From contig NW_003314267.1 in assembly GCF_000143415.4 (NCBI RefSeq), positions 827,394 through 891,393 on the forward strand: 64,000 nucleotides of DNA, in the 5' to 3' direction. This DNA is from Selaginella moellendorffii. Taxonomy: Eukaryota; Plantae; Lycopodiophyta. Below the pieces are notes generated by a model. It made no database searches. It had not been told where the DNA came from and was given only the letters and a program-made list of their open reading frames with translations. Position numbers and translations under genes: made by a program. Shown here piece after piece: positions 1 to 13,821 of this stretch; position 1 is the first letter of the stretch; every line of letters begins with the position of its first letter.

Positions 1-1010
1 TAAAAATTTAATGAAAACGGACATAACATACCCATGGATGGATGAAAAGCCTGCCCGGATACCTTCCATCTGGGATCTTCATCTGTTAACAATGAAGATT
101 CGCCCTCCATTCCGTAAATTTCTTCTGGATCATTCTCCGACATGGTGGCACACTCCCAGGGGCGGTCAAAGGAAGAGCTTCTCTCTTCGTCAGAGGAAAA
201 CCTGCAGGGGATTGAGTTAGAAACGAAATATTCTGTTCTGCACTTACAAGCCAAACTCTCCTCAACTAGCTCCTCGTTTTCCACTTGAACAAACTCGTGG
301 ATTTCAACATACCCGTAGTACCATGTCACCCTGCCCCACACCTGGATGCAAACCGGACGCCACTGCTCCTTTCGTGCCCAAGCCAGGTTGTTAATCACAA
401 CAGCAGCCAGCTCGCTACTGCAAGCTTGCAAATGTTTCATGCCAAGAACTTCGAGCTATTTGGCTTCTTACAGACCTTCCGCTGGCGTTTTCTTGAAGTC
501 CACCGCCACCCGCAGTTCCTCGCGGAGACTCTTTGGCATAGCCCATGACAAACTCGGAGCTGCACAATGGGATCAGGTCTACAATATACGTTTTAGTAAC
601 GGTTCTTAGCTTGCATCTGTCTTGTTCATTCGCCGGACTGAAAGCATCAAGTGATAACTAGCAGCCAACAAAAGAAAGAAAACCTACCAGCAAGTTTGGG
701 CAATGGCGATGTGAACTCCCGGAATGTAGTCAGCAGAAACTCTTGGATCATGCCCTGCCGTTTATAGTCGCCACCAGGATTTCTAGCTTGGAGTGCTTTG
801 CCAACGGCAATGCTTGCGAGGAGATGTACTGCATTAACGGCTGGGAACTAGCCGGAACTGGTCGTAGTGTGGCATGATCCGGCCTTCGTGATGGATTACG
901 ATGAGGCCATACTTAAGAGGGAAGTTGTCCGAGTCGAGCTGACAAGGCGGAGTGTCGAACAAATCCTGAGTCTTACCCTCCCGTCTTTTCGTCCAGCTCC
1001 AGCCTCAAGC
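1..1010 (-). pseudogene. Degenerate tandem paralog of the orphan gene at 2364-4090; runs off the left edge
   Basis: Colinear similarity to 2795-3960 (ggatggatgaaaagc, gaggaaaacctgca, cacacctggatgcaaac, gagtcgagc..acaaggcgga) with the same intron positions, but with frameshifts and a deletion of most of exon 3. Confidence 0.8.
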
Positions 1011-2363
1011 CCTAATGCTTTTCCTAAAACGCTTTAAAATATTCCTTAACTTAACAGTAGGGGAATTTTTTTTGGACCCGGGAACTGAACCTAGTAAAAC
1101 ATATAAATGACATATATGGAATGGAAAATATGACAATTATTATTTATAAAAGATAAAATAAAATTAGTAAAAATTGTTTTTAAAGGGATTATACATTATA
1201 GAATAGAGTTATTTTTTTTTATAGAAGATGGAAATTTCTACAGATATAAATATTTATTTGTATTATTTTTTATTTAGATGATTAGGTCATTCAAAAATAT
1301 TTGAATTGCCCCATGTAACAAACCATTAACAACTTTTTGGCATGTGGGCGAAATTGTCTTACTTGGCTATTTAATATAAAATAATTAATTTTACCACAAT
1401 TTTATAAGTAACTAAAGTGAATGACTTAAGAGATAATTCATTTGAATTCAAATATAAAATGAAGAAAATTACATTTCTTTTTATAATAAATTAAAAGTAT
1501 TAAATACTTAGAATTAAGTATCTTTAAGTTTGAGAGAACTAATCCAATTGGGCTAGACTTGAAAGGTAAGGTAGAATAGAGCTCTTGAAATGGTTTTCAG
1601 ATTTTATTCAAAAGAGCATGAATTTGCATAATGAATTATAAGAAACAAAAACAAAGAATTTGAAATATAATTCATTAGGGTTCAAATATAAAAGAAAGGG
1701 CTTATAAATAATAATTCAATTTAAATTCATAAAACATTCATGAAGATTTATATAATAATTGTCAACATTTACAATCTATATTCATTTAAAAGAAAAATCC
1801 TTATGAATAAAAATGCAATTTAAATTAAAAAAAATTCATGAAAATTTATATAACAATTGTCAACATTGCCAATCTATGCATCTCATTTGCTAGCCACCAA
1901 ATGGTTTTTTAGGGCACGTGCAGGTGCCCTATGCCATATGCCAAAAAACCATGCCGAAAAAGGTGCTGGGCAGCACCAAGGAGATGTTGAAGCGCTAGAA
2001 GTCTATTAAATTTCAGAGGTACACTCCTCTCTTCATTGTGTCTTCTCTTTGCTAATTAACTAACCAGTTTTGCAGGAAGCGGCAAATGACAAAAATGGCA
2101 TAGCTCATTGCACATACCCAGCAAATGACAGGAAGAAGAGCTCTCTCTAGTATGCTTGCAGCATTAAAGCTATGAGAAGCTCCAGGATCTTAGGATCCAT
2201 GCAATAAGATCTACACAAGTATGTAAAAGTGTGAGTCTTCAACATGGTGTCCTGGATGGAAAAGGAAAAGATTAAGCAAAATCATGACCCATGCCACAAC
2301 CTTCCCGAAGGAGACAAAACCGAGAGCAAAAGAAGAACTACTTTCTCAAATAATCAATAAGTA

Positions 2364-4090
2364 TCACATTCCCAAATCTTGAGCTTGAGTTATTCCAGAC
2401 GATGTTGTGGCTATAATATTTTCGACGTCTTGTTTCAACTCTTGCATGAGCCCTGGTACATACTCCCACTGATCCTCTGGAATGCCGATCTTTCTCGCCA
2501 TCTTAGCCGTCTCCCCTCTCCTATAGTATGCACTGTAAACCTGAAAATGACAAAACAGAAAATCAAAATCCAAGGTACAAAACAAAATTCACAAAAATAA
2601 AAAAAACTTACATCGCGAGGAGTCCATTTCGTCACCTCCCGACCTACCAAAGTTTTCAGCATCCCCTCGTAAAACAGGTGCAAGCCCTCCGACAGCTTTT
2701 TCGCTACACTAAAATCTGGCAAGGTTTCCCCCTGAAAAAGCAGAAAAAGAAAAAATAAAACGAATCAAATCAAATCGAAACTTGACATAAGCCACACCCC
2801 AGGATGGATGAAAAGCTCGCCCACGGGATATCTCCCGTCTGGGATCTTCATCTCTTGTCCATGAAGCTCTGTCTTCCATTCGGCAAATCTGTTCTGGACC
2901 ATTCTCTGGGATGGTCGAACAGTCCCTGTGACGAGCTCTTCCTTTTTCTTTAGAGGAAAACCTGCAAAGCACAGAATGGATCGCGTCAAAAGGTGAGCTA
3001 TAGGAGACGAAATCTGCTGTTCACTTACAAGCCAAGCTTTCTTCGACTAGCTCCTCGTCTTCCACTCGAACAAACTCCTGGATTTCGATGTAGCCATAGT
3101 ACCATCTCAACTTGTCCCACACCTGGATGCAAACAGGAGGCCAATGCTCCTTAGATGGTGCCCGAGCGAGGCTTTTTATCACAAACGCGGCCGGCTGATA
3201 GAGATTCTCGCTACTGCAAGCAAATGTTTTCATGTAAAAGAACTTCGATCTTTACTCACTTTGCGCTGGTCTTGAAGCTAACCGCCACCCGCAGTTCCTT
3301 GCGACGTCCCTTGCTGTAAACTTTGACGAGCATATCGGAGTGCCTGTGCTGCATGTCAGAATCCAGGGTTTTCGTCCTAGTCGGGTCTTCTACATCTTCA
3401 TCCTCTTCAGCAAGATTTAGAATCTCTTCTTCGGCATTGCCCAGAAGAAAGCCTTCGGAGCTGCGCAATGGCATATCAGATCTACGAGTACGTTTTAGTG
3501 ACGATGGTTACCTTACAACTCTCCTGACTCTTTTGGATAGAATAGAACGGAGCATTCGCCGGACTGAAAGCATGATCAAGGATAAGTAGCAGCTAATAGG
3601 AAAGAAAGAAAAGCTCACCCTCTCCATCCCCTTCCAGGAATTCTTCTAAAGCCTCTTCGTCCTTGTTCCCCACGGGGGCATGTTCGGGCAATGGCGAGGT
3701 GAAATCGCGGAATGTAGTCAGCAGAAGCTTTTGGATGCCCCGACCATGATCCCGAGGATCTTCGAGAGCTCGGACTGCTTTCCCAACGGCAATGCTCGCA
3801 AGGAGATGCACAGCGTTGACGGCTGGGAGCTCCATCTCTCGGAGCCGGAATTGGTCGTAGTGTGGCATCTGGTCACGATGGATTTTAACGAGGCCATACT
3901 TGAGAGAAAAGGTGCCTGAGTCGAGCTTACAAGGCGGAATTGTTAACAAACCCTCGCTCATATCTTTGTCCCTGTGCATCTTCTTCATGAGCCCCTCCAG
4001 CTCCTGCCACAGCCTTTCTGACTCTCTCCACTTCCGATTAAGCGTGCCAACCACCCGACCCAGCATTTTGGCATCCGCCTCCCACAACAT
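2364..4090 (-). CDS. Multi-exon orphan protein with PD-(D/E)xK/REase-like motifs
   Basis: ORF pieces 3593-4090, 3256-3474, 3021-3233, 2765-2989, 2435-2722 and 2364-2585 are separated by short GT-AG introns. The first three junctions were checked and are in frame. Spliced core: HRHSDMLVKV..LRVAVSFKTSANSENLYQPAAFV..PVCIQVWDKLRWYYGY. Confidence 0.7.
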
Positions 4091-4574
4091 CCTTCAAACC
4101 CTAATCAGCTAGAAATACAATTATTATTCATTTAAATTAATTGTGTATTTAAAATTTATAAACACTTATTTTTATAATAAATAAACACTCCAACACTCTA
4201 AAAGTATAAAAGAGAGTTGTCACTATTATAAAGAAGTTGTTTAGTTACTTAAAGATATATAATTACATGATTGATTATTACATTAGTCAAATGTAGATTT
4301 AGAACTCTTTACCCAATTTTATTCTAACATATGATAATTGAAGAAAAATATTTATGCCCAGAAATAGTCATTTAATCGGGTTTCCTTCTAAGAATTCTTA
4401 AACAAACCAAATGCTGTTTATTTACATTTCTATATGGTTTTTTTTCAAGACTATGCCTCTCTCTATCCCTTTTTCTATAGTATTTACATTTTTATATGGT
4501 TCTCTCAGATATTTTGCCCATAATAGTGTAGTATTTACATTTTTATATGGTTCTCTCTCGGATTTTTTTCAAGG

Positions 4575-5952
4575 CTACGCCATGCAAGCTTTGTCCTTGA
4601 TGCTCGTCATAAGCCCCAATCGTGACCGTCTCTCAAAGGACTTGCAAAGCTGTGGCTTGTGGTCACCCTTGTAAGCGTCGCAAACGTATTTCTCTATGTC
4701 TCCGTAGTCCTGGAGGAAAGAAATGATGCCGGTTAAGTTTAAGAGCAATCTAAATGGTTTTCTGTAGAAGCCCGGAAGTAATGATATGGCGAGAAGCACT
4801 GCTCAATTCGAAGAGATGCCAGATCAAACAGGAGCGAGAAACCAAGGGGAAAAAACAGTCTTTATACATGAGAAACGTTTGGATCACTATGGAGGGGAAT
4901 CGGGGCTTTGTTTTGCTCGCGAAGATATGTGACAGCACAAACAAGAGGAGTAAAGTTCACAGTGAAGTAGCAACAGTGACGCTCATGAGACAAGGGAAAG
5001 ATCAAGCAAAATTATGACCAAGTTGAGAATCTCCAAACAAAGGGCCAAACGGTGGAGTTCTTACCCAAAAGAGGGACACACCAAAAAACAAGCAAAGGAA
5101 GAAACTTGGAAGCTTAAACTAAGAACAGGAGCTCTTCGTACCTCATATAACGGGTTTCCATTCACGACCACCCATGGAACATATCTGTGCGGAGGATCAA
5201 GCTCGCCAGTGATCTTGGCATAGCCTTTTTCGAGCTGCGAGGATCACAAAGTTGGAAAAAAATGAGAAAGACAAAAAAACAGCAAAGAAACTGGAAGAAG
5301 AACTCGAACCAGTAAACCGGTAGGTCCTTCGTAGCATTCCTCTACGAGTGTGATGTTGGCGATGGAGGAATTACAACTCTTCCAAGCCTCGGCAGCTATG
5401 GCCCTGGGAAGAGATTCGAGACAATAGATAAATGGGAACCACGCATCCTTCGCAAGAACACATTGTTTTTTTCGATTAATAGCAAGACGTAATTGATGCT
5501 CACCACTTTTGGCCAGAGGCTGATAGCGCATGACTGGATTATGTTGAGCTTGCACTCGTCGGGTCCGTGCTGCGAAGATCAAAACGAAGAATAATTTGAC
5601 CAGATAAATCAATGATAAGAACCTGGCAAGTGATGTGACCACTGGAATCCATCCTCGCATTTCCATAGGGGATGATCTTCAGGTCGACAATCTCAATGAG
5701 GCCATTTGTAAAGAACTTGCTGAGGTAATTGACGACGAAATTCGCGCAGAAGGGGCACAGCGATTCCGTGTAGAGCTCCACCGAAACTTTCTCCGCGTCC
5801 GCGCAGGTCTTAGCATCTGGATCCAAAAAATCTTTGAGTGCTGTAAAGCGATCCAATCTTTACGTACCTGGATCCGCGATCACCACAGCAACGAGGAAGA
5901 AGAGCGGCAAGGCCAGCAGCGAAGACGTAAGGCGGTGGTCCGCCATAGCCAT
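4575..5952 (-). CDS. GILT: Gamma-interferon-inducible lysosomal thiol reductase (GILT family), spliced
   Basis: Signal peptide (MAMADHRL..LLALPLFFLVAVVIA), KVSVELYTESLCPFCANF CxxC motif, IIPYGNA..ITCQ, H(R)YVPWVVVNG, C-terminal YVCDAYKG. Confidence 0.9.
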
Positions 5953-6364
5953 CAAACGCGACCTAGAGCGCCAGATATTTTTTAAACTTTTTTGGCCGGG
6001 CACACTCTTTAGGGGCTTTGCTTCACATACTTGCCATGGAACTATTTGTAAATCATAGAGTGTGAGTATCAAGAAATATAGATTCCATGAATTCTAATTT
6101 CCACGCGAAGATAAGGTCGTACGTGTGAGAGAGCGAAAGCTTCCCTCTACTGAGGAGCTGCACGTAGATGGAGGAAGACTAGATACATCCCAAATGATGC
6201 ACCCAGTCTTGGAGCATCGATTTGCAGGAATGTGGCTAAACGAGGAAGTCTAAGAAGCCAAAGCCTGGTCAGTATTTAAACAGTTAGATATTAATATAAT
6301 AACAATTAAAAATTAGATCATATTAAGCTTGACAATTTTGTGGAAATGTTTATCACTTTATTCT

Positions 6365-6504
<140 letters not shown>

Positions 6505-8703
6505 TTGATAGGTTTAAAATTTACTAAAATATTTTAGAAAAAGTAAATAAATTTTAAGACTTAATAATGCCTTGTTTCTCTTATAAATCATCCATAATGC
6601 TCTTACTCAACACAATTATTTCACACCCTCACTTAGAGATTTTGTATTCGACCAACATCAAACTTTTTTTTATCACTATGGTTTCTTTACTAATTTTCCA
6701 CCTTTTCAAGGATTTGATAGAAACTTTATTATGGTTAACTATTTTTTCAAAATGACACATTTCTTGCTATATCAAAAAATAATTAATAGAGAGTAGCTAA
6801 TTGAGCTTGTTTACAAGGAGACTTTCCATATTCAAGAATTTTTGGATGATATTGTTAATAATCAATGGCTGTAGTTTCTTTCTACCATTTGGCACTAGTT
6901 TCTTTTTTTTCTTTGCATCAAAAGCAAACAACTTCTCTTTAAACTAATGCATAATCAAAAATACTATTCAAATTCTTGAGTAATATCTTTGATGCTTTAT
7001 TTTCTATCAATAAGATGATTAAGTTGATCTTTTCTCATTTACTGATTTTGCTTATAAATTCTCAACATTCTTCAATACATCACTCTTATTCTTCATTAAT
7101 TATAGCTTTCATCCTCATTGGTTATATTCATTTCTTATAACACATAGTTTTATAATTTTTATTACAGGATTCTCTTTATGAGGAAGTTCATAATCCTTTT
7201 TTATTCTTAAGATTTTTATTGCTATATTGCTAATTATTCTCATCAATGTAGTCCTTCTTTTTTAATTGGATCAAAGGTTTGTCTTCTTTGTTGTTATTAG
7301 AAGATAATACACCCTTGTAATAAGTTAGATTATCAACATCTAAGTGTTTTCTTTGTGCTTTCTCATACCTTTAAGGTCATTTATTGACTCAATTTTCCTC
7401 TATTCATAGGTTTACTTTTGATATTTTATGTTTCTTTACTTATTTTTATTTCACTCATATTCCACCACCTCCTCCAGAGGTTATTGCCTCTAAAAGTATA
7501 TATCATAAACTTACAATCTAACATGCCACAACATTTGATATAGTCCCTTCCACTAGGCAAGGACCAAATTATATGCTGTAGGATTAGGAAAATAAACCAA
7601 TATCAAATCATCCATTTTGTACTCGATAATTGGATGATGATAAAGGTTGCAATGTTGTTATCCTATTTGTATATAGCCTAAATGTTTAGTAGACTCCACT
7701 CAAACTAATAAAAGAATGCTCATTAAATATTGATTCCAAAACCTAATATGTAGCAATTTCAAAAGTAAACTAAACTTAGATGGCAATATAAAATTATTAC
7801 TATATAAGAGTTTATATGGTAAAACACCATAGAATTTTACATCCTTCTGATATATGCATATATAAGATATAGTAAATAACTATCTTAAATCTGAATGTTA
7901 AAAGTTGATATACTTTATGATCATCCCCTTGAAAATCTAAACAAATTGTTCTATCAAACCATCAATTTATGAATGATAAACACTCATAAAAGTGTAGTAT
8001 ATCCCCAATTTAGATGTCAAGATGTGAAACACCTCAGCCATAAACACAAGATCAATGCCTAACAAAATCCTCTTCAAACAAGAATATTGAAACACTATTG
8101 AATTTAAGAGGAAATATCTAATAATAATTGCAAACACATTAGCAAGAGCACTAACTTTTATCAATAAGTTAAATAATTATGGGTAGAAAGCTACAATTAA
8201 CTTCAACTGTTCTTTCATACTATAAAGAGGAGTATTACAAACTTGGATCCAAACACAATTATGCATATATTAGATAACATTATGTTAGAATCCCTAATCA
8301 ATATAAAGACATGTAACTTTTTTGTCACACAATGATGTCTTATATACTTGTTTAGAATAGAAGAGTTATAGTAAGTATAGAGAAAATATATAATAAACAT
8401 CAAAAGCATCACTAGTTGCAATAATTATTAATATGAATCCCCATGAAGTAAAAAAAGTTTATTTTAAGGTGATATTAAGAATATATATATTGTAGCACAT
8501 GTGATCATATAATAAAATTTGAATATATTGTCACCATAAATCCTTGAAACCTTAGGGGATAAATAGAGATAAAATAACCACTAAAAACTCTTTTATCAAA
8601 CAATTACCCTTTTTCCAATTAGTTTAAAGGGAGAGAGATAAAATGTGCTATATGTGGTATTGGAGCAAATGGCACAGGTTCAATTCCCATTACTTAAAAT
8701 ATA

Positions 8704-8950
8704 ATATACCCTTGAACAAAATATATTCCTACCCCTACAATTGAAATTATACATATTAGCATTCATAAGTACATCTTTTGTCTTGTAGTGTATCCACAGA
8801 TGAAGGTATCTATTGTGGGACTGCAATACCCTTGAATAAAGTATATTCTTACCTTTAAAATTTGAAATTGTACAAATTAAACATTCATAAGTACGTTCTT
8901 TATTTTATAAAGCATCCATAGATAAAGGTATCTACTATGGAACTACAGTA
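8704..8950. repeat. Two diverged ~121-bp tandem units in AT-rich DNA
   Basis: aatacccttgaa...cattcataagtac...aaggtatcta occurs at 8704 and 8825; partial third unit near 9030. Confidence 0.75.
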
Positions 8951-11854
8951 CAGGTGAATAACTAACTGTCTCACATAGAATACCTAATATACACAATAGA
9001 AAAATTAGTAGATTTATTGCGGAAATAGAAGTATTCACTGTGGGACTATGGTACTAGTGGATGATTAACCAAACCATTATTCAAACTAAATAGCATTATC
9101 AAGAACTTCTATAAACCAAATGGTGTATAAAAATTATTTTTGGGAATATTTTCCTCAGCCATCGACACTTGTTAATACCCAAAAGTAAAATCCAACTTAG
9201 TGAACTAATGATTTTTTCCTAAACAATTTAAAAGATCAGCAGTAGGAAGAAAAGGGTACACATCTGGAATAGTTATATAATTTAATGGATAATTATCAAT
9301 GTAAAATTGAATACTCCTATAAAGCTTCATCACACACACACCTAAGGATTCTAGGACTTTCAGATAACATTCTTCTCTAATATCTCTTGAATATTTACTC
9401 ATAAAATTTTGATCTCTTTTAATGAAAAATAATAAACAAAAACCTTAATCAAAAAAATATCCTTAGTTAGAATATGATAATCCATTGCAATATTAACCTC
9501 AAATAATAAATCAAAGTCAAAGAAATTAACATACTTTTTCTAAGCTGATCAACTACTAAAGTATAAAGATTTTTAATGGACCTAAATAGGGAATAGAAGA
9601 ACAAAAAGGAAATTTAGAATAATTTTTTCCTGTATAATATTTTAAAATAACTTATAGATTGCTAGTCAATCCTCAACTTCTGGCTTACTTCCAAGAGTCC
9701 GATCTTCAAGAAGAACCTAAGCCTCATTACCATCAATGCCTTACTACATTTTAATTGCCCAAGGGATATATATGGGCATCAAATGCATCATAATGACATG
9801 TGCATATCACATAAATATTTACAAATGAATAAGGAAGATGCTCAACTTTGGATTGCCATGATTTATAGTATACATATTAAATCAGTAAGATCATAAAATT
9901 TCAAAATCAACTTCTAGGGATTTCTAGTTATCATGCTTGAATTAGTGTTGAAATGAGATTTTGATCTTTTGGATTTAAAGAGCTAACTAATAAATTCTTT
10001 GAGACCAATGAAAAAGACTTCTTAACATGTAATCACTTGAGAAAAGTTTTATTATCTTTGAATCCTAATAGGCCACCTCTTAAGCTGTTGGCAGCTATAC
10101 ATCATATTCAAAACCACTTGAAAAATTATATATGACTCCTTTGAAAAGATTTTTTTTAGTTGCTTACTTTAATATGAGTGCATACTCCATTAGTTAACAT
10201 GGTATTGAGCTTGGGGTTAAACCCAATCCAAATGCAAAATAAAAAAGACACATAACAAAAAGTTAGATAATGTTTGAAATGGTGGGATTCAAGTTAGACA
10301 ATGTCTGAAGTGGTGGGTTATGCCTTCAATCTTATGTCCTTACTATACTCTTAACCACTAGCTCAAGTGGAGGTTGATAAAAGGTTTAGTAGCATGATCT
10401 CTTATTGTTGTGGTAGTAAAAGGAGAATATTAAAAGATAAAGTCACATTTTTAAAAAAATTCATTTTTATATTGATATATTTAGATATTTTAATATATAA
10501 ATGTATACATAAATGATTATTCAAATATAGTTTAATAAAATAGTTTGGGATTTGAATTCAAAACATATTATATGTATTAAAAATATACACTATATCTGTA
10601 AAAAAACTTAACAATAACAATTGATTCTTTAAATATGTATTCTAGTTTGCATAGAATAATAATATATATGGCATTTAGATTAGGTACAATATTTCTTTTC
10701 TAAAGGTGGGAAAATTATCCATATAAAAATATCAAAAAAATAAGGGCAAGAAAATAAACTTATTTCCCATTTGCTTTCTTTGAGTGATATCATATATTTA
10801 CTATATTTCTATATTTATTAAGGAGTAACTATTAGTCACAGTAAAAATCAAACCCTAAACCTCTACTAATATAACTTAAACTTAAGATTTTTTATGCATT
10901 ATAGGATTAATAAAATTAAGTTTCTGGAAGTTTTTGGTAAAACCTTACTTATAAGTTTATTAAGTAGGGTTATAACTTTATCAAAGTCACAATTCCCAAT
11001 CGATATTTAGTTCCATTGATCTTTGAGATGTTAAGATGACTTGAAGTTTGAATTTGTATGGTGTTTCCAACCCTTTATGAAATTAAGGAATGTTCTATAC
11101 TAAGTACCTATTAATAAACTTGTAAGTTATAACAAGTTGGAAATTGGAAGCACTATATAAGTAATGATACTTTAATTAAACTTTGTATAAGTACATAAAG
11201 TTCCATTTTGTAAAAATTTCTTTATTATGTATTCACTAGGTCTTTTTTTGGTTCCCATGTTACTTCGCAAAGTGGAAACCTTTTCCATTTCACATGGAAA
11301 TCTTTCACTTCATATATTTTTAGCTTGCTTCTATATATATTGAGGATAACCTTAACTTCATATTCCTCCTCCCTTTAGATAACTTTACTTAGTCTTTGTG
11401 AAGTGGGTCTTTAAAGTATAGTTTAAGTAAGTTCACGTGAAATATAGTGTGTATTTTCCTTATTTTCTAGAGATGCTAGAGATAATAAGCCACCTTACTA
11501 AATTAAACCTCAATCTCATAGGACTCTATAAACCTGTTTAAAGAATTTAAGATTATTTCATTTTATAAATATATACACATTACCTTTCGGTTAATCTTCA
11601 GTTGATTTTATTTAGTAACTTTAGGTTTTTGGTGTTCAACCACACTTTCTTCCTAAGTTAGAACTTTATATTTTTATTCTTTTGGTTTGTATATTTAATT
11701 TGCCTTTGTTAAGCCTATTCCAAGAAATCTCTCACTAGATTCTAAATGTTGAGTTTTTCCATCGTGAATGCCTTCACCACATGTAACTCTCCATGATATT
11801 AGGCCATTTTGAGTTTCATAAAACTTTCAATGGTTTACCCATTGATGGCTTCTT

Positions 11855-12047
11855 TGTAAGCAAGCAAAACGAACAATTTAAAAGACAATCTATAGATTTT
11901 AAATATAAAGGGAAAAGGCCCATAAAAAAGAATGTACCCTTTTTACAATTGGTTAAGAGTCTTGGGATATTTAGAGTTAAGTGTTCTTGGGTTTAAATAA
12001 TACTAGGTTGGGTGACATTTCGGGAAGTCTAAATTCAGGAGTTTACA
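11855..12047 (+). mobile_element. Cassandra-type solo LTR (5S rRNA-derived core)
   Basis: TGTAAG...TTTACA ends; homologous to the LTRs at 28.5-29.3 and 41.2-42.1 kb; contains gagttaagtgttcttgggtttaaataatactaggttgggtgacatttcgggaagtc, which resembles the 5S A-box to C-box region. Confidence 0.8.
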
Positions 12048-12589
12048 TTTCTATGGATTCACCTTGATATTTGAATGCGAGTTATTATAACATATTTTCA
12101 CAAATCCCACTCAATCCATCTAGTCTTCAGAGATCAAACTATAAGAAGTTTGTTGCCAAGAGATGGAAAAACAATAAAATTATTAATAAAATAATAAAAG
12201 ACTCCCCTCCTAGTTAATTTAGAAACCTAATCTTTGTATTAAATACTTATCTATATATAAGTAATATGTGACAATATTCTCAATATTTACTCTAATATTT
12301 ATTTATTCTTTTAATTAAAAACTAAGTTGGTAATATTATAGTCATGGGTTCAAGACTCATTGACCATATTGATAATTTTATGGAGCATTTTTTTTCCATA
12401 GTGATGCTTTGTCAAAGTCCAAGAAGAAAGCCTAACACGAACACAAAGAATTTTACTTTGTGCACACTATTGTGAATAGAAGTCACTACTTTTATAGCTA
12501 AATATACTATCTTTTAGGGTTGCTTGGTGTGTTGAGTTTAATAATAAACACTCTTGAATGATGCAAAACTCAATCAACCACCATCCCCT

Positions 12590-13720
12590 TGAAAGTTTAT
12601 TTGGTAAAAGGCTTTGTGAAGAAGTTGCTTTGTTGATCATTAGTAAAGCTTAAGAATTTATTCTTGAACTAATTCACACGCATAATGGTAATGCACTCCA
12701 TTTGTGCACCATGATTCCATCTTTGTTTTCCATGTAGAGAGGCAAGAAAGGTTACCCAAGATTAAGGAGGAAATCATGAAGCTAAAGAATCTCCTTTCAA
12801 GTTAGAAATTGCATGTATTATAATCATTATGAGGCTAATATTATAGAATGGTGACAAATGAGATGCTATATGTTGCAACTCCTCCATAAGTTAAGTGAAA
12901 TATTTTGTCCTGTAGGATAAATTTGGCTAATTACCAATGTAGTTTGCTTGGATTTGCTAAAAAATTGGTTTAGAGGAATAGTAGAGAAAGCCCAAGTTGT
13001 GAGCACCATATCATACCAAGATTGCAATAAGGCTTCTAAATGACATGGAAGCTATTAAAGCTTAGCTTCTTAGAGAGAATAGTGTTTAGTTGCATAAACA
13101 CAGCAATTAACCATGTTAAATTACTCTAGAATGTCATGAAAATATTTCTTTTGAAAAATCTGAAGTCAGATTTCCAAGCTAAAGCAATACCTAAATCCTC
13201 CACTCAAAATAGCTTTAAACAGTAAATAAACTAATAAGTTGCTAATCACTCAGCATATAATACTACAATGAGCATATAAGAGTTGTGAGACTTGAGAAGG
13301 ACATTACGATGAAACTAAACTCTAGAGGCTTGTTTAAGGCCATAAAATACTTTCTTTAACTTCCATACCTTCCAAACTAACATTAAGAAATGTTATTTTG
13401 ATATTTGTGATACAAAGTGAGGAAATGCTAGCAAAATATAAAGGCTTGTCATCTTAACTACTAGAAAATATGTGTCAAATACTTTTGGGAAAAATTTTGT
13501 GCTACTAAGTGAGCTTTGTAACAACTAAATATGCTACAAGCATTAAACTTAATTTTATATACCCAATGTGAACCAAACTATGCAAGATCTGATTCTTCAA
13601 AAACATCCTTTTGAGTAATAGACTGAAATTCCTTTTGCAAGGGCAATTCTTAATTTCTTTGTACTGTGGAAAATGAGTTTGAAAAGGCTACTTTACTACC
13701 TTGAAATTTTATGGCTCAAC
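12590..13720 (-). mobile_element. Highly decayed Ty1/Copia RT-RNase H relic
   Basis: Minus-strand remnants YKAHLVAQNFSQ (~13490-13530), KLKKVFYGLKQASRV* (~13317-13362) and TNDQQ..FTKP (~12605-12645) match the Copia motifs YKARLVAQGFSQ, KLKKSLYGLKQAPRAW and DQLADIFTKPL. Confidence 0.8.
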
Positions 13721-13821
13721 ATGCATCATTAAACCATCTTTTCCATTTTGTGAAACTTGAACCATACAAAAATTTGATGAGAAAAAAAACTGAGCTTCTA
13801 AACTCCATAGACATAGTCTGT

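Noticed and set aside
6550-11800. Short ORFs in AT-rich DNA; faint LTR-B-like stretch near 10150-10350
   Set aside because: Probably old transposon debris, but no diagnostic motif could be read with confidence.
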